Assembly (NCBI GenBank): GCA_951406725.2
Contig: OX597823.1
Location: forward strand, 39,370,001-39,434,000
Reading direction: 5' to 3'
Source: Octopus vulgaris
Lineage: Eukaryota
DNA: 64,000 bases
Shown piece by piece: positions 26,106 through 39,345 of this stretch (position 1 is the first letter of the stretch; the number at the start of each line of letters is the position of its first letter). The translations under genes and the position numbers were made by a program. The notes under the pieces are model-generated. The model worked only from the letters and a program-made list of their open reading frames with translations. It searched no databases and had not been told where the DNA came from.

Positions 26106-26330
26106 GGCCGAGTGGTTAGGGCAGCGGACTTGCGGTCGGAGGATCGCGGTTTCGATTCCCAGACCGGGCGTTGTGTGTGTTTATTGAGCGAAAACACCTA
26201 AAAGCTCCACGAGGCTCCGGCAGGGGATGGTGGTGATCCCTGCTGTACTCTTTCACCACTCTAAAGGCGGTGCTCCAGCATGGCCGCAGTCAAATGACTG
26301 AAACAAGTACAAAAAAAAAAAAAAAAAAAA
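26104..26330 (+). mobile_element. Chimeric SINE: family B head joined to family A tail
   Basis: B sequence to ...CTTTCACCAC (26259), then CTAAAGGCGGTGCTCCAGCATGGCCGCAG...poly(A). Confidence 0.85.
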
Positions 26331-26331
26331 A

Positions 26332-26365
<34 letters not shown>

Positions 26366-26372
26366 ATCTATA

Positions 26373-26442
<70 letters not shown>

Positions 26443-26443
26443 C

Positions 26444-26475
<32 letters not shown>

Positions 26476-26799
26476 ATATATATATATATATAATACCTTT
26501 ACAAGAAGAAAAGTGACAGTGATTTTGAAGTTTCGGCCTGCTAGCCTTCGTCGCACAGTCTGACTCGTACTGAGTAATTCTTCTGTTTAATTCTTCAGTT
26601 TCGTTATAACTCGACACAAATACATTGCTGTATGTATGCATGTATGTATGTATGTATGTATGTATGTATGTATGTATGTATGTATGTATGTATGTATGTA
26701 TGTATGTATGTATGTATGTATCTTCCTCTGGAGAAAGAGCATGTTTCTAGCAAAGATGCAAAAAATCTCCATCTATGGAATGTAGATAACAAAAGCAAC

Positions 26800-28035
26800 G
26801 TTACGTTTTAAACCTGAGAAAAGTTTTGCATAGTTTTACTGTTCTACTTACATATTGCATTTGTAATGTGTGAATCGGTTGGTTGATTTCTTTTTCTTAA
26901 AATTCAAGTTTATCTAGACCGACAGCTAGACATTTACTAACAAAACCAAGTGCTCCATTTATTATTGTTATAAATATAAACTTGTAATCCGGATGTAGAA
27001 GCTGTGGGTTTCAAAGCAGTTATTCCTAGTTTTCTTCTTTCCGTTTGATTTTCAAAAAGAGTTTCACATCAGCTGGACAGCCGACCTCTATGACGGTGCA
27101 TTCATTCTCTTGTGTGTTCCAAACAACAATAACCGGCCTGTTATGCTTATACTTGACATATGTTTTGATGGGAATGTTCTACCAGTATTCCTTGTACTGA
27201 TATTCATGTACGTATTCAGTAACAAGGGGATTCTTTATATTTATTCCGAATGGCATTGTATACTGTTTATACAACAACATCATGTCGCATAGGGAGGTAG
27301 TACTTTGATATTTTTCGATGTATGTCTTCCACAAAAATAAGATATAATCTACATTTACGGTTGCATCTTGGAACCTCAAGGGCTTTTGTTGATTAAGTAT
27401 TTAGTAGCAATCTCCTATTCTTCAATTACAAATGCCTAGCCTTCGAAGTGTAATATGATGTAGCGGTCACGAGTCCAAGAGAGGCTTCGCATCATGTCAA
27501 TGTTCCTATCTTCTTCAAGTCTACGAGAAACATACCCATGCATGGTCTTTCTTTTAATATGCTGAGCGTTTTACCTCCTGGTCTTCTTTGAGGTATGCTA
27601 ATCTGTTTTTTTTTCGAGGTTGTATGGGAGATTATCAGGAAGAGAGTACTTCCTGAGGTGCTCACTTCCAACAAGTATATATTGTTAAATTAATATATTT
27701 TGCTGCTGTTGTCTTGGAAGAGCTGTCTGGGAGAGACTCTGTGATTTTCAAAGGCGGGTCTGCATTGATCTCAAGTCCCTTTGTCCTTTATCTCTTCTTA
27801 AGTACAGCCTAGCGATATCACTATTTTTTAGAGATTTTCAGTTGATGCTATAAGTTTGTGGGTTTTAATGTCTATGGAGTGGATTTCTTCTATAGACCAG
27901 TCAAATATCCCGAACGTTGGAATCAGTACTGGTACTGCTATTACATTGTGAGATATTGTCTTGCTGAAAGAGGACAGTTAAGATTACCATATATTTCTGA
28001 TGTAATAGTCTTGGGTTCCTCTCTCTTCTCAGAAC
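26800..28035 (-). mobile_element. R4/Dong-like non-LTR retrotransposon 3' part, decayed
   Basis: AVPVLIPTFGIFDWSIEEIHSIDIKT..SDIARLY; YYLPMRHDV; KHNRPVIVVW; EVGCPAD; GALGFV..VKLCKTFLRFK. Confidence 0.8.
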
Positions 28036-28199
28036 TTTGGTATGTATGTATGTATGTATGTATGTATGTATGTATGTATGTTTGTATGTATGTATGCATG
28101 CATGCATGACTGCATATATACATGTGCGTATGTAAGTATGTATGCATGCATGTATGTACGTATGTATGTATGCATGCATATAGGTATGTGTATATATAT

Positions 28200-28510
28200 A
28201 TCTCTTATTATAAAAGGCAGATTTTATCTGCCTCCCTTTGGGAGTTATACAAATCTACAATATAGGATTTCTTCAATTACAATTTACCTAGCATTTTTGA
28301 GAGTACAATGCATCGCGTCATGCCAGGTCCAGTTTTTAAAATTTAAACTCCAATTAAGCAAAATTTACAGAAAACTCACATTCTGGTGTGTGTGTCAAAT
28401 GCTTTTCTTAGTCTGGTTTACACCACACGCAAACGCACACACACAGTGGGCAACGAATAAAATGAAAGTAAATAGACAGTGATTTGAGGAAGACTAAAGT
28501 GAAAGTATTC
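28200..28510 (+). mobile_element. Probable Helitron-like 5' fragment
   Basis: TCTCTTATTATAAAAGGCAGA start resembling the other Helitron 5' ends; no 3' end found. Confidence 0.4.
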
Positions 28511-28647
28511 TGTCTATGACGATGATAGATACATGAGTAAAATGTATGGGAAGCTAAGAGCTAAGAGTGAGTGAAAATGTTCTTGGAAGAGAGTAATTAG
28601 TAATAAAGTAAACATACACTCATACATACATACATACATACATACAT

Positions 28648-28680
<33 letters not shown>

Positions 28681-28959
28681 TACATACACACACACATACA
28701 TACACACATACATACATACATATACATACATACATACATACATATACATACATACATACACACACACACATACACACACACACAGTATTGAAGCTTGAGA
28801 ACAATCAGATACATTTGCAACACATCTGTTGAAAATATTATTGTTCACACACATACATATACATATATACATACAGACAGACAGACAGATAGACACACAC
28901 ACACATGATCCAGCATGGCCACAACCTCAAGGCTGAAACATATAAAAGAATAACAGAAT

Positions 28960-29325
28960 ATAAATGTGTGCAAAGTACAAGAAATATTTATGCAGTATAT
29001 GGGGATTGGACAATAAGCGTAAGGCAGTGTCAATGGTGGTTCCAGAAATCCCGAGCCATAAACTACAGCCTAGAAGACGAGCCTCATCCTGAAAGATCTG
29101 TAGAACTCGACAAGGACATCCTGAAAACCCTGGTGGAACAAAATATCATCGTAACTGTTGAGGAACTAGCAGAGAAACTTGGATTTGGTCATTCAACCAT
29201 TCATTGACACCTGTGTGCTATCGGAAAAGTTAGCAAATTGGGTCAATGGGTTCCTCACGAACTTTCCGAGTCTAATTGCATGCAGAGAGTGAATGTATGC
29301 TTTTCTTTGCTGTCATATCTCACCA
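28960..29325 (+). pseudogene. Mariner (Mos1/Hsmar-type) transposase N-terminal fragment
   Basis: RNIYAVYGD..QWWFQK..SLEDEPHPER..EELAEKLG..GQWVPHEL motif; ends next to a Helitron. Confidence 0.88.
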
Positions 29326-29342
29326 CTACTGCGCTATGTATA

Positions 29343-29967
29343 TCTATATATATAAAACTGTAGTTGTGTGAGTGTCTGTCCCCTTCGATTTAGATTCCTA
29401 ACTACTCCCACATTTTGCGGTACAGTTTAACCAAATTCGGGTAGCTTATAGTCGTGATTCATATCGAGCCCGTCTGAATATTAGCGCGCGTCTACGATGA
29501 GTCGACGATTTTAAAAATAATTTACCATCATTTTTTATTCCATTTTAATGCATAATTTTTCGTGTGTCGATGGCGGCGGAGTTGGCGTCCACGCTCACAC
29601 CTGCACCTGTGGGGAAGGGAGTGTAAGGAAATCAACGTCGTAATGCGTTGTCAAGGAGACCAGTGTTCTTTTAGAACAACGACTTCATGGCTTGAAGACA
29701 CCAAAACAGAAATGGCTAAGAAAGCGTCTACATGAGTCTACGATTTAAAAAAAAATTTACCATCGTTTTTTTTCCATTTTAATGCATTTTTTCGCTATTA
29801 TATAAGGGAAGTAACTCTCTAAAAATGTCTACGATGAGTCAACGATTTAAAAAAAATTTACCATCATATTTTTTCCATTTTTAATGCATTTTTTGGCTAT
29901 AACTCTCTAAAAATGCTTATATAGTTATTTCCCTTACAAACCCGAGCAACGCCGGGCGATACTGCTA

Positions 29968-29968
<1 letters not shown>
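29343..29968 (+). mobile_element. Non-autonomous Helitron, family 1, with three internal copies of a ~60-bp unit
   Basis: TC...CTAG ends; GTCTACGATGAGTC..ATTTACCATC unit at ~29490, 29726 and 29827. Confidence 0.88.
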
Positions 29969-30006
<38 letters not shown>

Positions 30007-30407
30007 TATATGTATGCATGCATGTATGGAAGTATGTATGTATGGATGAATATATGTATATATAATCCATACCTGTATATATTCATATATATATGTATAT
30101 ATGTATGTACATATGTATGTCTGTATAGATGCATGTATGAATGTATATACATGTATGTGTATGCGCATGCATGCATGTATATATGCATGTATGTATATAT
30201 GTATGTATCAATGTATGTATTATAAACGCATTTATGTATGTATGTATGCATGTATGTTATTATTTGGTTTTATTTCAAGATTTCTTGCCAATACAGAAAG
30301 AGCCGGTGTCTAACCTAGTGCATGTATGTGTGTATGTGCTTTATTTGGAGTCAGTGCACGTGCAGATTTGTATGTTTTGTTTTTTGTATGTATTCTCATG
30401 CATATAT

Positions 30408-30637
30408 ATTTCTTTACTGCCCACAAAGGGCTAAACATATAGGGGACAAACAAGGACAGACAAAAGGATTAAGTCGATTACATCGACCCCAGTGCGTAAC
30501 TGGTACTTTATTTATCGACCCCGAAAGGATGAAAGGCAAAGTCGACCTCGGCGGAATTTGAACTCAGAACGTAACGGCGGACGAAATACGGCTACGCATT
30601 TCGCCCGGGGTGCTAACGTTTCTGCCAGCTCACCGCC
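30408..30637 (-). mobile_element. SINE family C, full length
   Basis: Reverse complement of 17583-17817. Confidence 0.9.
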
Positions 30638-30719
30638 ATTCTCATGCATATAGTTCCTTGTTTAGACATGCGCCTGTATACTTAAATGATAAACTTCTTT
30701 AAAATTTTAGGGAATAAGT

Positions 30720-30945
30720 TCTAACTGTGACGTGGGTTCATCTGGTATTTCAGGCAAAAAATTATCTAAGTATTTTTGAAAATATCCACATCTATGCCTC
30801 GTAGCTGAGGCGTTTTGACGTCATATTGAAAAGATGTAGGCTCTTGAAAGCGAAGCTGTTTCAGGATTGGTTTCTTACTCTAGATGGGAAAGTTGGAAAT
30901 TTGGTACCATGCAGTGGCATCTAATTCAGGGTTTAGTATAGCTTT
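30720..30945 (-). mobile_element. CR1-clade LINE 3' fragment
   Basis: LRGIDVDIFK..LDNFLPEIPDEPT across a frameshift. Confidence 0.55.
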
Positions 30946-30958
30946 CTTCAGACCCGTA

Positions 30959-31302
30959 CACGGCTAGCCAACTTAGTATCTTTATTTTTATCTATGTGTC
31001 CGAAAGAAGACCGGGGATTTGCATACCGGCTTTCAAAACCGTTTTCGCATAACCCGACGTCATTTTTCTTCACAACTATGTTATCTTGGTGCCCTGATGT
31101 GACTTCGGCTTCATAAACAACTGAGTGTAGCAAACACGCCTGATCGAGTGGGCAAGCTTCAGAATTTCGACAGTTACAACTGAGTGTCGTCTCTTGGTTT
31201 GACTTGTGAAGGCAATTTTAAAAGCTGTTATGCACATTACCAGTCTTCTTTCCGAGACACTGATGAAAAAAAAAAATAGAGTCACTAAGTTGGCTAGCCA
31301 TG
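30959..31302. mobile_element. Tc1/mariner-type MITE
   Basis: ~30-bp TIRs CA(C/T)GGCTAGCCAACTTAGT.., TA on both sides. Confidence 0.75.
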
Positions 31303-31396
31303 TATGTGACCTGACGACCAACTGCAGCACACCACATACAATCAAGGAGAGAATCGTGGAAAAATTCTACGCTTTCTATAAATGAATCAAAGAGAC

Positions 31397-31680
31397 CAAC
31401 CGCCGCCGCTACCACCACCATCACCACCACCACCACCACCACCACCACCACCACCACCACCACCACCACCACCACCACCACCACCACCACCACCACCACC
31501 ACCACCACCAACGCCGCCGTCGCCGCCACCACCACCACCACCACCGCCACCACCACCACCACCACCACCACCACCACCACCACCACCACCACCACCACCA
31601 CCACCACCACCACCACCACCACCACCACCACCACCACCACCACCACCACCATCACCACCACCACCATCACCACCACCATT
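31397..31680. repeat. (CAC)n trinucleotide repeat
   Basis: Direct reading. Confidence 0.97.
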
Positions 31681-31863
31681 ACAATCAGCAGCTACGCCAG
31701 TAAAATCACGCCTGCAATTGTGCGAGCATGTGCATTTATTTTGGTAAGTACAACATTAAATACATTTTATAGTGTCACGCTGAGATTCGGATATTTATTG
31801 ACTCCGAGTGGCGTGAAAGCGTGAAAGCGTGAATGCATGAAAGTATGATAGAGATTTAATTGT

Positions 31864-31919
<56 letters not shown>

Positions 31920-32069
31920 GTCTGAGAACAAACAGGATAAATAGAACTCATGAGTACATACACTGAAATATTTATATTATTTTTAGAAATTACAAGGTGA
32001 CTCAAGAGTTGAGAGTTTCGTGTATGCCACTTTGACAGATGTCGATTAATAATAATAATAATAATAATC

Positions 32070-32237
32070 CATTCTATTTCAGGCACAAGACCTGGAATTT
32101 GTGTGGGGATGGGCTAGTCATTAACATTGACCCTAGTACCTGACTGGTACTCATTTTATCCACCCCGAAAGGATGAAAAGCTGTAGACCTCTGCAGAATT
32201 TGAACGTAAAGAACCAGAGGAAAATATCCTTAAGCAT
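32070..32237 (-). mobile_element. Old SINE family C copy
   Basis: CTGGTACTCATTTTATC..CCCCGAAAGGATGAAA block. Confidence 0.7.
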
Positions 32238-32272
32238 TTACACAAACACACAGACACACACACACACACATG

Positions 32273-32303
<31 letters not shown>

Positions 32304-32689
32304 TCACAAGCACACACACACCCGTCTCTATACAATAGTAGAAATTAACCACCCACCAAGAAACCAGTAACCCACTCACCCACATCTCACCTCGCACAAA
32401 TTAGCTAACCAACATGTACTTGGGCTATAATAACGGGCGCCTAAGTTTAGGCTGAGATTTCTCAAAATATAAACAATATAAAATTGCTTAAATGTATCAA
32501 TTTAATTTCGAAAACAAAGCAATCAAATGCGTAAGCTGTAACTTCTTTTCAACATTTTTGCAAATTAGTACCAATCTATTGTTTATAACAATTATAAATG
32601 AACAGAGCGGTTACTTAAGGTTCAAGTCCCAGCCATGTAAGATTTTAAATTTACCGAAGAAAAAAAAAACGGTTTGGAATGAATAATAA

Positions 32690-32900
32690 TTTGTACTAAA
32701 GGCACAAGGCCTGACATTTGAGGAGAGGGAGCTAATCGCTTACATCGACTCCAGTGTCTCACTGGTACTTAATTTATCGACTCCGAAAGGATGAAAGGCA
32801 GAGTCAACTTCGGCGGAATTTGAACTCAGAACATAAAGACAGACGATGTGCCGCTAAGTATTTCGCCCAGTGTGCTGACGATTCTGCCAGCTCGCCGCCT
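32690..32900 (-). mobile_element. SINE family C
   Basis: Meta-type domain and CTGCCAGCTCGCCGCC head. Confidence 0.88.
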
Positions 32901-32971
32901 TAAATTTTAGCATAAATTAGCAGAGATACCAGGCGTTGCTCGGGAATAAAATGGCATAGAATTTTTTTTTG

Positions 32972-33165
32972 CTTTACTTGTTACAGTCATGTGACTCCGG
33001 CCATGCTGGAGCATGCCTTTAGTCGAAGAATTAGACACCAAGGTTTCTTCTTTGTAAGACTAGTGCTTATTCGGTGTGTTTTGCCAAACGATTAATGTTA
33101 CAGAGACGAACACAGCAATATCAGTTGTGAAGTGATGGTGGGGGTACAAACACAGACACACAGAC
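32972..33165 (-). mobile_element. SINE family A 3' fragment
   Basis: CAGTCAT..GGCCATGCTGGAGC..TTTAGTCGA. Confidence 0.75.
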
Positions 33166-33192
33166 ACACACACACATACATACATACATACA

Positions 33193-33223
<31 letters not shown>

Positions 33224-33419
33224 GTATATATATATATATAGGGAGAGAGAGAGAGACATGTATATACACATGTATATGTGTGTGAATTATATACGAAAGA
33301 AGGTTTGAAAATGCAATTTAAAAGATGTTTATTTACTTTACCGGTTTCACTCTTTGGAAAAAGATTGTCAAAAGTAACATGTGGAAGTTTGGTTGCGTTA
33401 ATTATTGGTTGTTGCAAAT

Positions 33420-33783
33420 TGCTACATTACATATATATATATACAGTCTTTGGTAACAGGGACATGTTAAGGACATAAAAAAGTTCAACAAGTTCCTTAA
33501 AATATTGGGCACAAAAGATTACATAAAAAATCGTCCTCAAGGACATACTTAAGATAGTTTCCAGAAGGAATTGATATTGGTACTGTATCTGTATATTCAA
33601 ATATGCACAGAAAATTGGTTGAAACAGAGTACTATAATCCATATAAATATACAGTCTTTGGTGACAACAGTATGTTGAGAATATAAAATTATTTATGTAA
33701 TCTTTTGTATGGGTGTATATATGTATGCATGTATATATGTGTATATATTACATGTACATCTATATATATAATATATATACATG

Positions 33784-33823
<40 letters not shown>

Positions 33824-33830
33824 CATATAT

Positions 33831-33895
<65 letters not shown>

Positions 33896-33904
33896 CACAT
33901 ATAC

Positions 33905-33935
<31 letters not shown>

Positions 33936-34220
33936 TCCATATACATACAATAGAGAGTTGTTTTTATTTTCCCTTTTAACACGTAATACTGAAATAGTGG
34001 AGAAGATACGATATTGCTGTGGGCCCGCCCTAGGCAAGAAGTTAAACATATATTTGCCCATGACACTACATGGACCCTAAGTAAGGCATGTCTAAAATTT
34101 GAATGAAATTGGTTGTGTTCTCAAGTTTTAGGGATTCACACAGACAGACAGACAGACAGCTGGACAGACAGCCAGAGAGACAGACAGACAAACACACATT
34201 CTCAGTCTTATATATATAGG
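33420..34220 (-). mobile_element. Helitron family 2 (a Helitron-type 3' end also lies at 32917-32945)
   Basis: 34020-34220 is the reverse complement of the 24987 5' region. Confidence 0.7.
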
Positions 34221-34239
34221 GATTAGCATTAGCTAAGGA

Positions 34240-36243
34240 CTTGGAGGAAACAATGGAACCTGGCTCTACAGCTCAGGTGACGGCCAAGAGACTGGCGTTA
34301 AACCAGCATCTCGAAGCCCAACATATGGGTTGCATTGTTGGAGCCAGGATTCGTACATTGGTTGTTAAGAAATCAAGGCAACAGGATGGGCCCAAGTGGT
34401 GGAAACCCAACGTGGCAATGATGGCACAATTCCATCTTTGATGAACCAAAGAGATAAGTTGATAAACGAGCTAGAGGAGATGCGTGAGGTCTTTCAGGAG
34501 CACTTCGTCCAGCTTTTCGTGGTGGGGGAAGCGGACCGGACAGTAACAGGGACCTATCGGATTTCCTCGCTGGGCTGCCGCACCCCTCGGAGCTTGACGC
34601 GGAGTGTTGTGAAGGGCCGATCACACCTGAGGAGATAATTGAGGCTATGGCGCACCGCGACGCGGATAAGGCACCGGGACTGGATGGTCTACCCTATGAA
34701 CTGTATAAGAGTATGCCAGACTTGTTCGGGCACCTGCTGGCGAATGGCTACGCGAACTGGCAGCAGAATGGGTTCATTCCCAGATCTGTGCGCCGGGGAA
34801 CGGTGAAGCTTGTCAGAAAGGACCCGAACAAGGGGGGAATGCATTGATAATTTTCGGCCCATCACCCTGCTAAACACAAAGTTGAAAATTTTGACCAAAG
34901 TGTTCTCGAAAAGATTGGCGCGTGTCGCGAATGGCTTGATCGGGAAGGCACAGGCATGTGCCGTTTCCCGGTAGAGCCATTCAGGATAATCTCCATCTTC
35001 TACAGTACACTGTAGAAGGGTTTCATAATGATTCTTACAAGGGAGGGACAGTGGTCGATTTAAACCAATCAAAGGCTTTTGATAGGGTAGACCATCATTA
35101 CCTGGTGTCCGATCTAGCACAGTTCGGCCTGGGTATTAGCTTCCTCAGGTGGATCATTGAAATTTATAACAACATCGACCCGGTAGTTCGGGTGAACGGC
35201 TTTTTATCTAAGCCGCTCAGCTTCAAACGCTCGGTTCATCAAGGGTGTCCTCTCTCTCCGCTTTGCTGCGAAAATTGAGCCAGGGAGGCCGGAAGTGGCC
35301 AATGTGTTCATCGCATCGGTCATCACCTACCGCCTAACCGTCGTTCCCCTGATTCGTGGTTGAGCAAGCTGGAAAGACAGCTCTTCCGCTTCTTGTGAAA
35401 GGGTTCGAATACGCTTGTGAGACGCTCTATTTGCTGCCAACAACCGTTAAAAGGTGGGCTACGGATGCCTTGGCTGATGATGCGCAGGCACGCGCTGAGG
35501 TTGAGGCGTCTGTGGCTCCATCTGGATGGTGATCGGGTGTGGTCTCCGCTGGCGAAACAGTTGTTTCCCAAGTTCACTTGCTTCGGTGGACTGGAGATCT
35601 GGTTCTATCGTAGATCGAAGTTGGGTACATGGTGTACGGAGTGACGTAAGGCTCTCCGGATATTCCATCTCTCGGGCAACACTTACGGTTGTGGTTCTAC
35701 CACATTCTTCTATAGAGGGTTGGTAGAGGCGAAATGTGACGATAGCTTGGGGAAGCTCTAGGTCTCGACAATAATCAGCTGGCCAATGTGTTCCAACGTA
35801 CATTCGGGCTGAAGATACTGGATAAATTCCAGATGTCTTTGGCATGGAAATGTTACCGAGGTGCCTTACCTGTCCGGGACAAACTCGCAATCATGGTGGC
35901 CCTAACCCACCGACCTGTCCAAGATGTGGGCGAGTCATGGAAACCGTTCCGCATGCTATTGTTCAGTGTTTGTTGGTTTCAGATGTATAGATTTATGCCG
36001 AACAACTATTGCCTAGTACAGGAAGAGTACAGTTATCGACTGAGTCAATAGTAAAAATTGACCCACCGGATTTCCTATCGAAAGAAGGTAAGAATTACTT
36101 TCTCGTCGTAGTAGCAATTGCAAGAAAGGTGATTTGGAAGACGCGAATGAAAGGTTTAATAACAGGCATTTTTATCTCTGGCCCTGGGTTGGTGGATTTC
36201 TTCACCTTCCACCTAAGAAGGAAAATAGGGCTAGAAACGTAGC
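34240..36243 (+). mobile_element. Tx1/L1-clade LINE ORF2 fragment, decayed and internally deleted
   Basis: KAPGLDGLPYELYK; NFRPITLLN..KILTKV; NQSKAFDRVDH; SVHQGCPLSP; KGGLRMP; C-terminal CPRCG..ETVPHAIVQC knuckle. Confidence 0.92.
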
Positions 36244-36249
36244 TTCAGT

Positions 36250-36985
36250 CCAGTCAAGAGAGCAAAAATCGTGATATTCCAGCAGCAAAAAGTTTCCTTT
36301 TCGAACATCAGCAAACTACTAAAGTGCAGTAAAACGGCTTGCGTGCAAGCGTGTAAGTTATTTTCGGAGACTGGTCAATATAAAAATCGGCAAAGGACTG
36401 GCGCCCCAAGCAAAATGATGGCGCAGTTGGACCGTCGAATCCACCGACTTTCGGAAGGCAACTGAATGCTGACAGACGTTGACATTTGTTAACAATTGTC
36501 CAACGAGAATGGTATTATTTGTACACTATAAACCGTCCGCAACCGTTTGAGAGAATTTGGATTACATGGAAAAGGCCAATAATACCCGAAAAAGTCGACT
36601 CAAACGTCTTAATTTCGCAAAAAGCCATGCTCAATGGACAGCCGAAGATTGGTGCAGGGTCCTTTGGAGTGACGAGTCACGCTTCTGAATATTTGGATCA
36701 GATGGTAAAACATATGTCAGATGTCGACCAACCGAGGAATTCCATCCGAAATACGTGAAAAAGACGACGCAAGCGGGGGTGGGGGTGATGGTGTTGGCCC
36801 TCTAGTTAAGTTGATAGAAAGCTAAATAGTGTAGGTTTTCTGAATCTAATAAAGGATAATGTGCCATATTTGACTCAGCAAATGCCTCCGGGGGCTATTT
36901 ACCAGCAGGACAATAGTCCTGTGCACAAATCCAAAAATGTTATGGAATTATTTGATCACCATAATATTGACGTAATCGAATGGCC
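36250..36985 (+). pseudogene. Tc1-family transposase fragment
   Basis: ETGQYKNRQRTGAP; WTAEDWCRVLWSDESRF; IYQQDNSPVHKS..VIEWP. Confidence 0.9.
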
Positions 36986-37669
36986 TACCACACACACGCA
37001 CACCCGCACACATCCATATACATATATACACTCGCATGCACTGCATCCGCAAATATTTGCATATACATATATATACACTCATATATGTATTCATATGTAT
37101 AAAAAAAACCATATACACATATATCCACCCATGAATATATATATATACATATAAATATACATATACATATATATATATATACATATACACATGAACATAT
37201 GTCGACATATCCACATATACTTACGAAATTACAGATATATATGTCTACCCACAGCTTTGCATATATATACATTCATGCATAACCAAACAACCTTCCTGGA
37301 TTTTACCTGGAGAAAGGAACCCCGACAACCCGTTAAAACTTTTCTGACACAGCTGCAGGTATGGAATAATACTCTTAATTGCCTCTTTGAATTTGCTTTT
37401 ATATATTTTATATATTTCAGGTTTATATTTCTATATGCTTATCATCAGACTCTTAATATAAATATGTGGATATTCGAATTGATATGATACCCCATGTCTT
37501 ACATCTGAATTATGAATTTGCTTTTCTGAATACTTTAAGACAGATATCTGAAATTTTTCTCGGATAACAAATTTAGTAATCTAATTTAGTAGCAAATTTA
37601 GTAAGCTAATATACGGGCGAAACAACAGTTGTACTATATACTGAAGCTTTATCTCTATTAAAATTCTCG

Positions 37670-37717
<48 letters not shown>

Positions 37718-37883
37718 TATACATTCATAGATACAATTTCCATTCTAGTAGGTTTCAAGAATATAACACCTTAATATCTCATCTTTTCTCATATTTCATG
37801 CCTAAGACATGTATTCTCTATTCTGGGTTTTATATACCTCTTTCTACTAATACTGTATATTTATATCTATATATATAAATATA

Positions 37884-38256
37884 AGTAGCTTCCTTACGAA
37901 CCACATGGTTCCGGGTTCAGACCCACTGCGTGGCAGCTTGGGCAAGTGTCTTCTACTATAGCCTCGGGTCGACCAAAGCCTTGTGAGTAGATTGGGTAAA
38001 CGGATACTGAAAGAAGCCAGTCGTATGTATAAATATATATATGTGTGTGTGTGTTTGTGTGTGTGGTGTGTGTGTCAGTGTTTGTCCCCTCAATATCGCT
38101 TGATAAACCGATGCTGGTGTGTTTAACACGCTGTAACTTAGCGGTTCGGCAAAAGAGACGGATAGAATAAGTACTAGGCTTACATAGAATAAGTACTGGG
38201 GTCGATTTGCTCGACTAAAGGCGTTGCTCTAGCATGACTGAAACAAGTAAAATAAA
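37884..38256 (+). mobile_element. SINE family A (5' truncated)
   Basis: Matches 62300-62660. Confidence 0.88.
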
Positions 38257-38279
38257 AATCTCTAATTTATTTAAACCGA

Positions 38280-38480
38280 AACGGGAGCAACAGTTTGAGA
38301 CGAAGACGCATTTTGTCGAAATGCGGAGGGGATAAAAGAGCCGATAGCTGGAAAGCTTTTCTTAGGTTGCCTGTCTTGTTTCTTTCGTTGTTCGCAAAAC
38401 AAATTCGTATTCGATGTTTTCGTATTTCATGTTTTCGCTGCCTAAAACGCTGCTGCATATGTGTACGTGAGATTGTACAT
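38280..38480 (+). mobile_element. Degenerate copy of the permuted-hammerhead repeat family
   Basis: CGGGAGCAAC (cf. 14963); CGCAT-T-TTGTC-GAAA-TGCG..CGATAG-CTG-GA with internal deletions. Confidence 0.55.
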
Positions 38481-39345
38481 ACATGCATACACATATATAC
38501 ATACAAAAACATACATATTCATACACATACATACATATACATACATATATACACATACATTTACATACATACACATACACTTACACACATACACAGATAC
38601 ACATACATACATGCACATACACATAGAGAAACACACATACATACACACACACATACACACACATATATACATACACATACATATATACACATGCACACAC
38701 ATACATACACACACATACACACATACATACACATATACACATGCATACACACACATACATACACATGCATACATACACATTCATACACATACACACATAA
38801 ATATACGCACACGCACATACATACACACATACATACACGCACATACATACACACACATACACGCACATATATACAGACACATATATACACATACACACAC
38901 ATTCATACGAACACATACATATACACACACATACATAAACATGCATACATACACATTCATACACACACATACATACACACACATACATACAGACATACAT
39001 ACACACATACATACACGCACATACATACACGCACATACATAAACGCACACATATACATTCACACACATGCATACGTACATAAGATACATAAATGCACACA
39101 CATACATACATGCACATACATGCACACACATACACGCACACAATACACACACACACATACACGCACACAGATACACACACATACATACACACACATACAT
39201 ACACATACTTATATACATACAGATACATGCATACACAAACAATCGCATACATACATGCACATACATACAATCACATACATACATGCACACACATACATGC
39301 ACACACATACATGCACACACATGCACATACATACATATACAAATA
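38480..39345. repeat. Degenerate (AC)/(AT) alternating purine-pyrimidine tract
   Basis: Direct reading. Confidence 0.93.

Noticed and set aside
28905-29207. SETMAR-like gene
   Set aside because: Only a truncated mariner N-terminus with an in-frame stop; no SET domain
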